Part shown: one piece after another, positions 52,951-64,000 of the stretch
Layout: every line of letters starts with the position of its first letter
Numbering within the stretch: the first letter of the stretch is position 1
From: Candidatus Cryptobacteroides faecipullorum
Lineage (GTDB): Bacteria > Bacteroidota > Bacteroidia > Bacteroidales > UBA932
Assembly (NCBI GenBank): GCA_017694885.1
Contig: JADIMH010000007.1
Span: 244-64,243, forward strand
DNA: 64,000 nucleotides
Direction: 5' to 3'
Position numbers and translations under genes: made by a program
Notes under the pieces: model-generated
Database searches by the model: none
What the model saw: the letters and a program-made list of their open reading frames with translations, nothing else
Told to the model about the DNA's origin: nothing

Positions 52951-54306
52951 TTACACCAGGCCTTGGGCCATCATAGCATCCGCAATCTTAATGAACGAAG
53001 CTATGTTGGCACCTTTGACATAGTTTACATATCCGTCAGGCTCGGTACCGTATTTCACGCATGACTCATGAATATCCGTCATGATCCTGTGAAGCTGCGC
53101 ATCCACCTCTTCTTCAGTCCATTTGAGTCTGATGGAATTCTGGGTCATCTCAAGACCGGAAGTGGCTACACCGCCGGCATTGGATGCCTTGCCAGGAGAA
53201 TAAAGAAGCTTTGCCTGCTGGAAAATTTCTATTGCTTCCGGTTCTGAAGGCATATTCGCACCTTCCGCTACGCAGATACAGCCGTTGTCCACGAGCTGCC
53301 TTGCCTCGGCCGCATTGATTTCATTCTGGGTCGCACACGGCATGGCGATATCGCATTTGATGCCCCATGGTCTCTGGTTTTCAAAATATTGCGCTGACGG
53401 ATATTTCTGCACATATTCCCTGATGCGGCCACGGTAGACATTCTTGAGTTCGAATACGTATGCAAGTTTTTCCTCATCTATCCCGTCAGGGTCATAGATG
53501 AATCCGTTGGAATCGGACAGTGTCACGACCTTGGCCCCGAGCTGAAGAGCTTTCTGTGCCGCATACTGTGCTACATTTCCGGCACCTGAAATAACTACCG
53601 TCTTTCCTTCAAAACTTTCTCCGCGCGTGGCCAGCATAGCCGAAGCGAAATAACATGTACCGTATCCCGTAGCCTCCGGACGCAGAGGGCTGCCGCCCCA
53701 GTTGATACCCTTTCCTGTAAGGACTCCGCAGAATTCGTTACGGAGACGTTTGTATTGTCCGAACATGTATCCGATTTCACGGCTTCCCACTCCGATATCC
53801 CCTGCAGGGACATCCGTATCCTGACCGACATGCCTCTGAAGCTCGGTCATGAAACTCTGGCAGAAACGCATCACTTCATTGTCTGATTTTCCTTTAGGGT
53901 TGAAATCCGAGCCGCCTTTCGCCGCACCCATGGGAAGGGTAGTAAGACTGTTCTTGAAAGTCTGTTCGAAAGCCAGGAACTTCATTATACTCAGGTTCAC
54001 GCTCGGATGGAAACGCAGACCGCCTTTGTAAGGACCTATCGCGCTGTTCATCTGCACCCTGTACCCTCTGTTTATATGGATTTCCCCTTCATCATCGAGC
54101 CAAGGGACCCTGAACATTATCACCCTCTCCGGTTCTACTATCCTTTCAAGGATTTTCTGGTCCATAAGATAAGGATGCTCTACAATATAGGGAGCGACAC
54201 TCTCAAGTACCTCTCTTACGGCCTGATGAAACTCTTTCTCACCCGGATTCTTTGCGACGAGATCCGCCATGAATCCGTCAACGTAATTCTGGACAAACTG
54301 ATTCAT
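52951..54306 (-). CDS. gdhA: NADP-specific glutamate dehydrogenase
   Basis: It has 'YKGGLRFHPSVNLSIMKFLAFEQ' and 'PMGAAKGGSDF'. The dinucleotide fold is 'ISGAGNVAQYAA'. Confidence 0.92.
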   Translation of the reverse strand: MNQFVQNYVDGFMADLVAKNPGEKEFHQAVREVLESVAPYIVEHPYLMDQKILERIVEPERVIMFRVPWLDDEGEIHINRGYRVQMNSAIGPYKGGLRFHPSVNLSIMKFLAFEQTFKNSLTTLPMGAAKGGSDFNPKGKSDNEVMRFCQSFMTELQRHVGQDTDVPAGDIGVGSREIGYMFGQYKRLRNEFCGVLTGKGINWGGSPLRPEATGYGTCYFASAMLATRGESFEGKTVVISGAGNVAQYAAQKALQLGAKVVTLSDSNGFIYDPDGIDEEKLAYVFELKNVYRGRIREYVQKYPSAQYFENQRPWGIKCDIAMPCATQNEINAAEARQLVDNGCICVAEGANMPSEPEAIEIFQQAKLLYSPGKASNAGGVATSGLEMTQNSIRLKWTEEEVDAQLHRIMTDIHESCVKYGTEPDGYVNYVKGANIASFIKIADAMMAQGLV

Positions 54307-54387
54307 AATATCTATCTGTTAAGTATGTTTCAAATGCATTTTCCTGTCGTCCCGAGCGGGAATATCGGCCCGGAGACCACGGATTCC

Positions 54388-55296
54388 CTAAAAAATTTCT
54401 ATTGTATATGACTTCTCCGAAGTCTCGCCTGCTTCAAGACTCTGTATCCAATCCCTTTCGCTGATTTCACCGGTGAAGTCAGCCCTGTCGCATCTTCCGT
54501 ACCACGGTTCGATGCACACGAACGGGGCATTCCTGAAAGGAGGAGACCACAGTCCGACTTCAGGAGCATCGAAAGTCAGTGACAGCCAAGGTTTTCCGGA
54601 CGGAGCATGGAGTGTTACCCTGTTTACCGTCCCGTTTTCAAGGATCAGTGCATCCTTGTCGAATATATGCGTATCTATCGGAAGCTTTCCTTCTTCAAGG
54701 CGCCTGCGGTAAACGGCAGCAGGGTCTGCACATCCTTTTTCCTTTATGAGTATGTACTCCAGATCATTGCAGACAGAAGCCCCGGCTTTCCCGAATGAAA
54801 AATACCCCTTGAGTTCTGCAGAAGGGGAAAAATCAGGATAATAGAATGCCGGATGGGCTCCTATCTGGTAATACATCGTCTTGCTGTCTGCATTGTGCAC
54901 CCGCCACAGGACATGTATTTTATTGTCTTCCAGACGATAACCTATCTCGAGGACAAATCTGAACGGAAATTTCTTCAAGGTAGCTTCATCAGCCTCCAGC
55001 CTGTACCATACATCATTCGCGGACTTGCCAGTCAGGCTGAAATCCATATCGCGTGCAAATCCGTGCTGGCTCATGGCATATTCTTCTCCGCCATACCTGT
55101 AGACTCCGTTCCACAGGCTTCCCACAATCGGGAACAGCACTGGAGAATGCCTTTTCCAGTACTCCGGATCCGCCTGCCAGAGATATTCGATACCGTTTTT
55201 CCTTATACTGCAGAGCTCTGCTCCATGCCCGGACACTTCGACAGACAGTGTCCCATTCGACAGATTTTCCATAATTCCAAATTCAAAACCCGCCAA
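54388..55296 (-). CDS. Aldose 1-epimerase (galactose mutarotase-like) family protein
   Basis: It has 'GAHPAFYYP' and 'FVCIEPW', motifs typical of the mutarotase-like fold. Confidence 0.75.
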   Translation of the reverse strand: MAGFEFGIMENLSNGTLSVEVSGHGAELCSIRKNGIEYLWQADPEYWKRHSPVLFPIVGSLWNGVYRYGGEEYAMSQHGFARDMDFSLTGKSANDVWYRLEADEATLKKFPFRFVLEIGYRLEDNKIHVLWRVHNADSKTMYYQIGAHPAFYYPDFSPSAELKGYFSFGKAGASVCNDLEYILIKEKGCADPAAVYRRRLEEGKLPIDTHIFDKDALILENGTVNRVTLHAPSGKPWLSLTFDAPEVGLWSPPFRNAPFVCIEPWYGRCDRADFTGEISERDWIQSLEAGETSEKSYTIEIF

Positions 55297-55350
55297 AGTT
55301 AATAAATCGGGAGAAAAAGCGCAAGAAACTGTCTATGCGCAGCAATGAAT

Positions 55351-56151
55351 CTACGATGCCCTGCGATGAAGCGATGATGCTCCGGATGTGGAAATATCCG
55401 CTTCTGCGTCTCCATATAGATATAAAGATGATGCTCCGGAGACATTGCCTGACGCGGAGCCGTTGCATTTCACATGGGCACTGCCGGCTCCTGAAACCGT
55501 ACATGAAAGTGTCCCGGTTTCCACATATGCTTTTTTCGATGATACCGTAGATGCGCCGGATACATAAATACTATATGAATCCGCTTTCCCGCTGACATTT
55601 ACGTCAGACGCACCGGAAGCATCCACTGTCAGGTCCTTTGCTGAAACGGCCGATCCGATATTGGAAGCCCCGCTGGCTTCCATACATAACTTTCCGGCTA
55701 TGACAAGGTCGGCATTAAAAGACGACGCGCCATGGATATCGACCGTAAAACTGTCGGCTTCGATAGCAAAGCCGCTCTCAAAGCAGGAAGCGCCTCCGAG
55801 CCCCACACGTTCAAGTCCGTCGCTTGCGGGAACTGTAACGGTCACCGGTCCGATATCTCCTTTATTGAAACCGCCACGCATATATATTTTCAGGACTTTA
55901 CCCTTTTCTTCTACGCACACCATGCCGAGCACGGCCGAATCGGCCTGTACTGTCACTTTGTCCGTATTCAAAGAATAAAGCACTTTTATTGAACTCGAAA
56001 CATCGATCGAAGAATAATCGCAGGAGACCTCATAACTTTTTTCCGTCAAGGCACCGGAAAGACGCACGCTGTTGACAGAAGCGCATGATGTAAGGGACAG
56101 AATAGCCAGAGACGCAACGAGAAAAAACATTTTTTTCATACAATCAGTCAT
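55351..56151 (-). CDS. DUF2807/'head GIN' beta-helix-like lipoprotein
   Basis: It has lipobox 'LSLTSCAS' and multiple 'xSGAS(x)V' repeats. Confidence 0.65.
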   Translation of the reverse strand: MTDCMKKMFFLVASLAILSLTSCASVNSVRLSGALTEKSYEVSCDYSSIDVSSSIKVLYSLNTDKVTVQADSAVLGMVCVEEKGKVLKIYMRGGFNKGDIGPVTVTVPASDGLERVGLGGASCFESGFAIEADSFTVDIHGASSFNADLVIAGKLCMEASGASNIGSAVSAKDLTVDASGASDVNVSGKADSYSIYVSGASTVSSKKAYVETGTLSCTVSGAGSAHVKCNGSASGNVSGASSLYLYGDAEADISTSGASSLHRRAS

Positions 56152-56240
56152 TTAAAATAAAATTCCACTTCAATCAGAACCGTTTTTTACATTAGACTGC
56201 AAATCTCCCGAATAGGTTGCAGGAACCGGCAGATGCATTG

Positions 56241-56741
56241 CTACATTGAATATTTCTGATATGCAATACGGGGTGAGCCGTTATCGGTATGGATGATTCC
56301 GCAGCGGATAAAGCCGTTGCGGGAAAGGATGTTCTGCATCACCATGTTGTCGGCATGAGTGTCTGCCCGAAGATTGCGGATCCGGCTCCAGCACCAGGAT
56401 ATACATGCGTCTGCGATACCGTTCATAATACCGGAAGAAGCGAGCCTGTGGATTGTCCCGTATGTGGACGGAGAGCACCACTGTCCGTCCTCGATAACCT
56501 CATACGTAGGATCTTCTCCTATAATGAAGCAGAAAGTGCCGGCGATCCTGCCGTCCGATGTTTCGCAGACATGGCAGTGACCGGCCTCTATCTCACTTCT
56601 GATCAGATCTTCCGACGGATAGCCGTCGATCCACTGGCTGGCATTGCCATGATTGGCCATGAAAGCCTTTGCACGGTCATATACCGGCATAAGAGCCTTA
56701 ATGTCCTCAATGTGCGCCTGACGTATTCTGATATCAGGCAT
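56241..56741 (-). CDS. GNAT-family N-acetyltransferase
   Basis: The 166-aa product has an acetyltransferase-like beta4-alpha3 region 'IHRLASSG..NGIADACISW'. Confidence 0.65.
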   Translation of the reverse strand: MPDIRIRQAHIEDIKALMPVYDRAKAFMANHGNASQWIDGYPSEDLIRSEIEAGHCHVCETSDGRIAGTFCFIIGEDPTYEVIEDGQWCSPSTYGTIHRLASSGIMNGIADACISWCWSRIRNLRADTHADNMVMQNILSRNGFIRCGIIHTDNGSPRIAYQKYSM

Positions 56742-57651
56742 GTCTCGGTCGGATTTTCCTGAACACCTTGCTGACGGTTCCCTGAATGACTCCTGTCAGA
56801 ATGATTACCGTCACCGCAGTCAGTACCAGCAGTATGCCGAAACCTTCGCGTAGAGTGAAATCCTCACCGAAAACCAGAGCCCCGATACATACTGCCGTCA
56901 GAGGCTCGAGAGCGCCAAGGACCGAAGTAGGGGTACCTCCGATATTCTGTACGGCCAGTACAAGCGTAATGTTGGAGACCACAGTAGGCAGGACAGCCAG
57001 AAGAATCATATTGCCTACGGAAGGAAGGTCCGGAGGGAGCTGGAAATCACCCGAGACAAGAGTCTTGCCTCCGAATATCAGAGTAGTGAATATAAAGACG
57101 TAGAAAGCCAGTTTGCGGCTGTTCATGCTGTGCACTCGGGATTTGTTCACCCCCACTATATAGCTTCCGTATGCCACGGCCGAAAGAAGCACTATGACAA
57201 TTCCCTTGACATCGGCCGACATACCGGTAGAAGGGAGCGACAGCATGGCCACTCCGCATACCGCCAGGGCAATGGCTACCCAAGTCAGCCACGAAGCCTT
57301 CTCCCTGAACAGGCAGAGCATGAGCAGCGTCACGAAGACGGGATAGGTGAAATGCAGCGTCGTCGCTACTCCGGCACCCATATAGCCATAACCGCACAGA
57401 AGGAAAAGTGAAGAGAATGTGTAGAATACCGCAAGCAGGATGAATACGGGCAGATCCTTCATGTCTATCCGGAACGACTCCTTCTTTATAAGCATCACCA
57501 GACCCAACGCTATGGACGCGAAAAGGAACCTGTAGAAAAGAATCGAATCATAGACCATCCCCTTGCCCATAAGCGGGAGAGTAAACAGCGGTATCAGCCC
57601 GAATGTGACCGATGTAGCCATACCATACAGTATTCCTTTGAACCTTCCCAT
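56734..57651 (-). CDS. EamA/DMT-family transporter
   Basis: It has 10 TM helices in two EamA-like halves. Confidence 0.8.
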   Translation of the reverse strand: MGRFKGILYGMATSVTFGLIPLFTLPLMGKGMVYDSILFYRFLFASIALGLVMLIKKESFRIDMKDLPVFILLAVFYTFSSLFLLCGYGYMGAGVATTLHFTYPVFVTLLMLCLFREKASWLTWVAIALAVCGVAMLSLPSTGMSADVKGIVIVLLSAVAYGSYIVGVNKSRVHSMNSRKLAFYVFIFTTLIFGGKTLVSGDFQLPPDLPSVGNMILLAVLPTVVSNITLVLAVQNIGGTPTSVLGALEPLTAVCIGALVFGEDFTLREGFGILLVLTAVTVIILTGVIQGTVSKVFRKIRPRHA

Positions 57652-57741
57652 ATTTTCGCTTTTTAAAACCGGGGCGCAAAGATATATAAATTTTACCTAT
57701 TTTCGTATCCGGAAAACAACGGATAACAAACAGACGACATT

Positions 57742-58362
57742 ATGCATATAGGTATAGCAGGCAACATCGGAAGCGGAAAGACCACCCTGACCAGACTGCT
57801 TTCGGAATACTACGGATGGACACCGAAATACGAAGCCATAACCCACAACCCTTATATCGAAGACTATTACAGAGACATCCACCGCTGGTCCTTTAACCTG
57901 GAAGTCTATTTCCTGACCCGGCGTTTCAAGGACATAATCGAAATATCCAAGACGGAAGGGACCGTAATCCAGGACAGGACGATCCTCGAAGGAGTATACA
58001 TCTTCGCCGCCAACAACAAGGACATGGGAAACATCTCGGAGCGGGATTTCAACACCTACATGGACCTTTTCGATGTCATGATGTCGATGGTGAAGCTGCC
58101 TGACCTGCTCATCTATCTGAAATCATCCATCCCGCATTTAGTGGCACAGATACAGAAACGCGGCCGCGACTACGAAAAAAGCATAAGCCTCGAATACCTG
58201 GCCGGACTTAACGACCGTTATGAAAAATGGACAGAATCATATCCAGGCAGGATTCTCACCATCGATGCGGACAGTCTCGATTTCGAAAACAGGGCTGAAG
58301 ACTTTTCATTGATTACGGACAGGATAGATGCCGAATTGTTCGGACTTTTCAGTGAGAAATAA
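57742..58362 (+). CDS. Deoxynucleoside kinase
   Basis: It has P-loop 'GNIGSGKTTL' and the dNK-type blocks 'NPYIEDYY' and 'QDRTILE'. Confidence 0.82.
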   Translation: MHIGIAGNIGSGKTTLTRLLSEYYGWTPKYEAITHNPYIEDYYRDIHRWSFNLEVYFLTRRFKDIIEISKTEGTVIQDRTILEGVYIFAANNKDMGNISERDFNTYMDLFDVMMSMVKLPDLLIYLKSSIPHLVAQIQKRGRDYEKSISLEYLAGLNDRYEKWTESYPGRILTIDADSLDFENRAEDFSLITDRIDAELFGLFSEK

Positions 58363-58444
58363 TTTTTTCCTATATTTACGCATCTAAACCAAGGAACTTT
58401 GTTCAAACAAACAGAATATTCACGAATAACCGCATTCAAGCAAA

Positions 58445-59869
58445 ATGGTAACCAGAAGAAATTTCATCAAGACCGTGTCCATGGCGACAGCCGGACTGGC
58501 TCTTGGAGCTAACGGCAGCCTTTTCCCTGCTGCCGCAGCTTCTGAAAAGAACAAAACAAGAGGTAAAGTCAAAATCGCCTACATCGGAATCGGAAACCGA
58601 GGGGAACAGATCATCAGTGAATTCGCAAAGACAGGAATGGTAGAAGTAACCGCCCTGTGCGATGTAGACCTCGACGGGAAGCAGGCGCAGAAAGTACAGT
58701 CCATGTACCCGAATGCCAAGAAATTCCGCGACTTCAGAGAACTTTTCGACAAGGCGGCGAACGACTTCGAGGCCGTAGCCATTGCAACGCCAGACCATTC
58801 TCACTTCCCTATCTCGATGCTTGCCATAGCCAACGGCAAGCATGTCTATGTCGAAAAACCGATGGCCCGCACTTTCTTCGAAGCGGAACTTATGATGGAA
58901 GCGGCAAGAAAGCACCCCGGCCTGGTGACACAAGTCGGAAACCAGGGACACTCTGAGGCAAATTACTTCCAGTTCAAGGCATGGATGGACGCAGGAATCA
59001 TCAAGGACGTAACTGCCATCACAGCCCATATGAACAACGAGCGCAGATGGCACAAATGGGATGCCGCCAAAATCTACAGGATGCCTGAAGAAGAGCCGCT
59101 CCCGGCAGGAATGGACTGGGACACATGGTTATGTGCAAGGCCTTATCATGAATATAATTCCAAATACCACCAGGGCGACTGGCGCTGCTGGTACGATTTC
59201 GGCATGGGGGCTCTCGGGGACTGGGGAGCACACATCCTGGATACGGCCCATGAATTCCTCGAACTCGGTCTTCCATATGAAATCAGCATGCTCCGGGCAG
59301 ACGGCCATAACGATTATTTTTATCCTTATTCGTCAACTATCCTTTTCCGATTCCCTCAGAGAAAGGGCATGCCGCCGGTGGATGTGACCTGGTATGACGG
59401 AATCGACAACCTGCCTCCTCTCCCTGCCGGATACGGCGCCTCAACAGTAACGGAAGGCGTACCTTCTACAAACCAGGGCGAAGCAGTACCGTCGAATCTC
59501 AACCCTGGGAAGATTATCTATTCAAGGGATCTCACCTTCAAGGGAGGCAGCCACGGAAGCACCCTGTCTATCATCCCGGATGAAAAAGCCTCGGAAATGG
59601 CAGACAGGCTCCCTGAAGTGCCGAAGAGTCCTTCGAACCATTTCGAAAACTTCCTTCTCGCCTGCCAAGGCATGGAAAAGACCCGCTCTCCTTTCGAAAT
59701 CCACGGACCGCTCAGCCAGGTGTTCTCTCTCGGGGTCATAGCCCAAAGGCTCAACACCCAGCTGTTCTTCGACAGCAGGACCAAGACCATCACAAACAAT
59801 GCATTCGCGAATGCAATGCTCGTCGGAGAACCTCCACGCAAGGGCTGGGAAGAATTCTACAGAATCTGA
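58445..59869 (+). CDS. Gfo/Idh/MocA-family oxidoreductase with a Tat signal
   Basis: It has twin-arginine signal 'TRRNFIKTVSMATAGLALGA', Rossmann 'KIAYIGIGNRGEQ' and 'EKP'. Confidence 0.85.
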   Translation: MVTRRNFIKTVSMATAGLALGANGSLFPAAAASEKNKTRGKVKIAYIGIGNRGEQIISEFAKTGMVEVTALCDVDLDGKQAQKVQSMYPNAKKFRDFRELFDKAANDFEAVAIATPDHSHFPISMLAIANGKHVYVEKPMARTFFEAELMMEAARKHPGLVTQVGNQGHSEANYFQFKAWMDAGIIKDVTAITAHMNNERRWHKWDAAKIYRMPEEEPLPAGMDWDTWLCARPYHEYNSKYHQGDWRCWYDFGMGALGDWGAHILDTAHEFLELGLPYEISMLRADGHNDYFYPYSSTILFRFPQRKGMPPVDVTWYDGIDNLPPLPAGYGASTVTEGVPSTNQGEAVPSNLNPGKIIYSRDLTFKGGSHGSTLSIIPDEKASEMADRLPEVPKSPSNHFENFLLACQGMEKTRSPFEIHGPLSQVFSLGVIAQRLNTQLFFDSRTKTITNNAFANAMLVGEPPRKGWEEFYRI

Positions 59870-59887
59870 TACAAAACATAAAAATAC

Positions 59888-61240
59888 ATGAAAAGGATAT
59901 TTGCAATCTTAGGCTTAGCCACGGCCTTATCGGCCGCGGCATCCGCACAGGACTGGGAACCGCTGTTCAACGGAAAGAACCTGAAAGGCTGGACCAGACT
60001 GAACGGCAAGGCGACTTACAGGGTCGCTGACGGAGCGATAACCGGTATTTCAAGGATGGGTACCCCGAACACGTTTCTTGTGACTGACAGGAATTTCAGC
60101 GACTTCATTCTTGAGTTCGAATTCAAAGTGGACGACGGCCTGAACTCTGGAGTACAGTTCCGCAGCCACAGTACCAAAGACTACCAGAACGGGCGTGTGC
60201 ACGGCTACCAGTTCGAAATCGACCCTTCAGACAGGGCATGGTCCGGCGGAGTCTATGATGAAGCTGCCAGAGGCTGGCTTTATCCTCTTACCGAAAATCC
60301 GGCAGCAAAGACCGCCTTCAAAAACGGGGAATGGAACAAGGCCCGTATCGAAGCATACGGGAATTCAATAAGGACATGGGTGAACGGCGTGCCTTGCACC
60401 GACCTGTGGGATGACGGAGCTGCGGAAGGATTCATCGCCCTGCAGGTACATGCAGTATATGAGCCGGCACTCGAAGGGAAGACCGTAAGCTGGAAAGATA
60501 TCCGCATCTGTACCGAGGACGTGGAAAAATACCTCACCCCTGAATCTTCGGAAACGCCTCAGATAAACCTTATCGACAACACGGTTTCCCCACGCGAAGC
60601 TGCAGAAGGATGGACCCTGCTCTGGGACGGCAAGACTACGGAAGGCTGGAGAGGGGCCAAACTCGACAAATTCCCTGCAAACGGATGGAAAATCGATAGC
60701 GGAATCCTCAAAGTGGAGAAAGGCAACGGAGGAGAGTCTGAAAACGGCGGTGACATCATTACAACACGCACCTATGGTGACTTCATCCTCAGTGTCGACT
60801 TCAAGATCACTCCCGGCGCGAACAGCGGAATAAAATATTTCGTGGACCCGGAACTGAACAAAGGTACAGGGTCAGCTATAGGCTGCGAATTCCAGGTTCT
60901 GGATGATGACCTGCACCCGGATGCCAAACTCGGGGTTAAAGGCAACCGCAAATGCGGATCCCTCTATGACCTGATACCGGCCCCTGCCGACAAACCTTTC
61001 GACAAGAACGCATTCAACACCGCAGTTGTCGTTGTAAAGGGGAATCATGTGGAGCACTGGCTCAACGGAGTGAAACTTCTTGAATACGAGCGCAACAACC
61101 AGATGTGGGACGCCCTTGTCGACTACAGCAAATACCGTGACTGGCCGAATTTCGGCAACCTATCCGAAGGATACATCCTGCTTCAGGACCATGGAGATGA
61201 AGTCTGGTTCAGGAATATAAAGATCAAGGAACTGGACTGA
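59888..61240 (+). CDS. Tandem DUF1080 (3-keto-disaccharide hydrolase-like) domain protein
   Basis: It has a signal peptide and two copies of the DUF1080 pattern ('WxxLFNGKxLxGW...ALQVH', then '[21 protein letters not shown]'). Confidence 0.8.
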   Translation: MKRIFAILGLATALSAAASAQDWEPLFNGKNLKGWTRLNGKATYRVADGAITGISRMGTPNTFLVTDRNFSDFILEFEFKVDDGLNSGVQFRSHSTKDYQNGRVHGYQFEIDPSDRAWSGGVYDEAARGWLYPLTENPAAKTAFKNGEWNKARIEAYGNSIRTWVNGVPCTDLWDDGAAEGFIALQVHAVYEPALEGKTVSWKDIRICTEDVEKYLTPESSETPQINLIDNTVSPREAAEGWTLLWDGKTTEGWRGAKLDKFPANGWKIDSGILKVEKGNGGESENGGDIITTRTYGDFILSVDFKITPGANSGIKYFVDPELNKGTGSAIGCEFQVLDDDLHPDAKLGVKGNRKCGSLYDLIPAPADKPFDKNAFNTAVVVVKGNHVEHWLNGVKLLEYERNNQMWDALVDYSKYRDWPNFGNLSEGYILLQDHGDEVWFRNIKIKELD

Positions 61241-61265
61241 TGGAGACGCTTCAAAAAAAAAAATT

Positions 61266-61289
61266 GAGGTCAGCCGTTTGGCTGACCTC
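61266..61289. terminator. Bidirectional terminator between convergent genes
   Basis: GAGGTCAGCC pairs with GGCTGACCTC across a GTTT loop. It is flanked by an A11 run upstream and TTTATTT downstream. Confidence 0.8.
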
Positions 61290-61317
61290 TTTATTTGCAA
61301 TCTGAATTGAATTCAAA

Positions 61318-62328
<1,011 letters not shown>

Positions 62329-62387
62329 TTAAAGTAATACAAATTTCAGATTTCGTTTCCGAAGGCATGTTTCCTACAAAAACGGTG

Positions 62388-62395
62388 CAAAAATA
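62388..62395 (-). promoter_or_regulatory. -7 promoter box (TATTTTTG on the minus strand) for gap
   Basis: CAAAAATA on the plus strand lies about 72 nt upstream of the gap start. Confidence 0.35.
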
Positions 62396-62417
62396 AGAAA
62401 AATAATGTTTATTCTAC

Positions 62418-62425
62418 TATATTTG
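62418..62425 (+). promoter_or_regulatory. -7 promoter box (TATATTTG) for surE
   Basis: It lies 18 nt upstream of the ATG at 62443. Confidence 0.4.
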
Positions 62426-62442
62426 TCACAAAATTCTATTCG

Positions 62443-63339
62443 ATGGATATACTTATCACCAATGATGACGGTTATCAGGCGAAAGGCATCAGGATACTGA
62501 CAGAAATAATGTGCCAATTTGGCAGTCTGACTGTCATTGCTCCCAAGAAACACCAGTCCGGAATGTCTATGGCAGTATCTCTGGGACTGAAGCAGATAGC
62601 GCATAAAGACCTGGACTTCAAGGAAGTCGAAGAAAAGACATGGAATACAGGCAGACTTCCCGATCAATACAGGGACAATGTTAAATGGTCATATCTGGAT
62701 GCAACCCCGGCGAGTTGCGTGAAATTCGGGCTGAATACCGTATTCGAAAAGAAATTCCCGGATGTAGTCGTTTCCGGTATCAACCACGGCTCCAATGCAT
62801 CTACGGCTTCCTGCTATTCCGGCACGCTCGGTGCGGCACAGGAAGCCGCCCTCAACGGGATTCCGGCTATCGGGGTGTCACTCTCGACATTGAATCCCGA
62901 CGCTGATTTTTCCGCTATCGGAAAATACTTTCCGGACATATTCAGGATGATCATGTCAAACCTGCCGGAAAAGCGTGGAATATATTATAATGTGAATTTC
63001 CCCGACATACCGGCAGAACGTATCAAAGGTATCCGGACAGGATTCCAGGGAATGGGAAGATGGGTACGGGAGTTCAAGCATTGGGACCCCGACGTATACA
63101 GACACCTGGGAATCACCCCGGAGTTGCTCGGCCAGAGCAGCCATCCCGCTACCGAACCGGGCGAAGACCTGTATATGATGGTCGGAGAATACGTCGATGA
63201 TCCGGAAAACACACACAGGTCCGACCACTGGATAATGAAAGACGGATACATTTCCATCGTCGCCCACAATATCGACACCACCGATTACGGGGAAGTCGAA
63301 CGCCTTGCAAGTCTCGGATTCGACAAGGATTTCAAATAG
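62443..63339 (+). CDS. surE: 5'/3'-nucleotidase SurE
   Basis: It has 'ILITNDDGYQAKGI', 'GINHGSN' and 'SGTLGAA'. Confidence 0.9.
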   Translation: MDILITNDDGYQAKGIRILTEIMCQFGSLTVIAPKKHQSGMSMAVSLGLKQIAHKDLDFKEVEEKTWNTGRLPDQYRDNVKWSYLDATPASCVKFGLNTVFEKKFPDVVVSGINHGSNASTASCYSGTLGAAQEAALNGIPAIGVSLSTLNPDADFSAIGKYFPDIFRMIMSNLPEKRGIYYNVNFPDIPAERIKGIRTGFQGMGRWVREFKHWDPDVYRHLGITPELLGQSSHPATEPGEDLYMMVGEYVDDPENTHRSDHWIMKDGYISIVAHNIDTTDYGEVERLASLGFDKDFK

Positions 63340-63351
63340 GCAGAGAAAAGA

Positions 63352-64000
63352 ATGAAATACTATATCATAGCAGGTGAAGCATCCGGAGACCTCCACGGTT
63401 CCAACCTAATGAAAGGGCTTTATGCAGAAGATCCTGACGCTGACATCCGTTTCTGGGGAGGGGACCTGATGAACAGAGTGTACTCCGAAAACAGAAAAGC
63501 CGGAATGTCGGACGGCGGTCTTGTCCGCCACTATAAGGATGGCGCGATAATGGGATTCTGGGAAGTGTTCAGGAAAGCCGGACAGCTTCTGGGCAACGTT
63601 CGTTTCTGCGAAAAGGATATCCTTGCCTGGAGACCTGACGTCGTGATACTGATCGACTACCCGGGATTCAATTTCAAGATAGCGGAATACGCCCACAAAC
63701 ACGGCCTGAAAGTGTTTTACTATATTGCCCCAAAAGTCTGGGCGTCAAGGGAAGGCAGGATAAAGAAACTTAAGAAATTCGTGGACAAGCTTTTCATCGT
63801 CTTCCCGTTTGAAATACCGTATTTCAGGAAAAAAGGGGTGGATTTCATATATGAAGGGAATCCACTTGTAGATGCAATAGACGACTCCCCTGCTTCCAAT
63901 GAAAGCAGGAAAGATTTTCTGGAGCGGAACGGTCTGCCGGACAAGCCTGTAATAGCCATGCTCGCAGGTTCGCGCAAAGGCGAAATAAGCACAATGATGC
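63352..64000 (+). CDS. lpxB: Lipid-A-disaccharide synthase LpxB (3' end beyond the window)
   Basis: This gene is hand-translated and is not in the ORF track because no stop falls in the window. The product reads 'MKYYIIAGEASGDLHGSNLM...VVILIDYPGFNFKIA...YYIAPKVWASREGR'. Confidence 0.88.
   Translation, partial: MKYYIIAGEASGDLHGSNLMKGLYAEDPDADIRFWGGDLMNRVYSENRKAGMSDGGLVRHYKDGAIMGFWEVFRKAGQLLGNVRFCEKDILAWRPDVVILIDYPGFNFKIAEYAHKHGLKVFYYIAPKVWASREGRIKKLKKFVDKLFIVFPFEIPYFRKKGVDFIYEGNPLVDAIDDSPASNESRKDFLERNGLPDKPVIAMLAGSRKGEISTMM

Overview
This 64-kb chromosomal window reads like a Bacteroidales genome, possibly Rikenellaceae/Alistipes-like and moderately GC-rich by eye. Supporting signs are a TonB-dependent receptor with a DUF4249 partner, a SusD-like lipoprotein, LytTR-type two-component pairs and frequent TAnnTTTG (-7) promoter boxes in intergenic DNA. 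I count about 60 protein genes and found no rRNA, tRNA or CRISPR. Most content is ordinary. It includes a complete electron-bifurcating-type [FeFe] hydrogenase (hydCAB) with its hydEGF maturases, plus gdhA, gap, surE and lpxB. It also includes MATE, SMR, MFS, CDF and DMT transporters, a COG0523 His-rich GTPase, a class A beta-lactamase and a Fic protein. The unusual part is 2.2-8.6 kb. There, a tightly packed six-gene operon of unrecognisable proteins has a virus-late-module flavour. Two of its proteins are paralogues, and one of those carries an in-frame TAG. The operon also has a holin-like 2-TM protein, a lipoprotein with a C-terminal TM anchor, and a small protein with a basic N-terminal arm. 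Downstream lies a DUF4143-type AAA ATPase flanked by phased direct repeats and a cluster of overlapping inverted repeats. This whole segment abuts a decayed duplicate of the neighbouring sensor kinase/response regulator pair. The adjacent MacAB-TolC-like efflux operon also looks decayed: the adaptor has an in-frame TAG and the TolC is shortened. Other non-genic structure includes a 4.5-copy 52-bp hairpin-containing tandem array with a solo copy 13 kb away. A 43-bp element recurs at two convergent gene ends, an 11-bp tandem repeat lies inside the Fic gene, and palindrome-associated insertions sit in a GAF/fRMsr-like gene. All functional calls come from motif reading and memory of protein families. 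No database search was possible.
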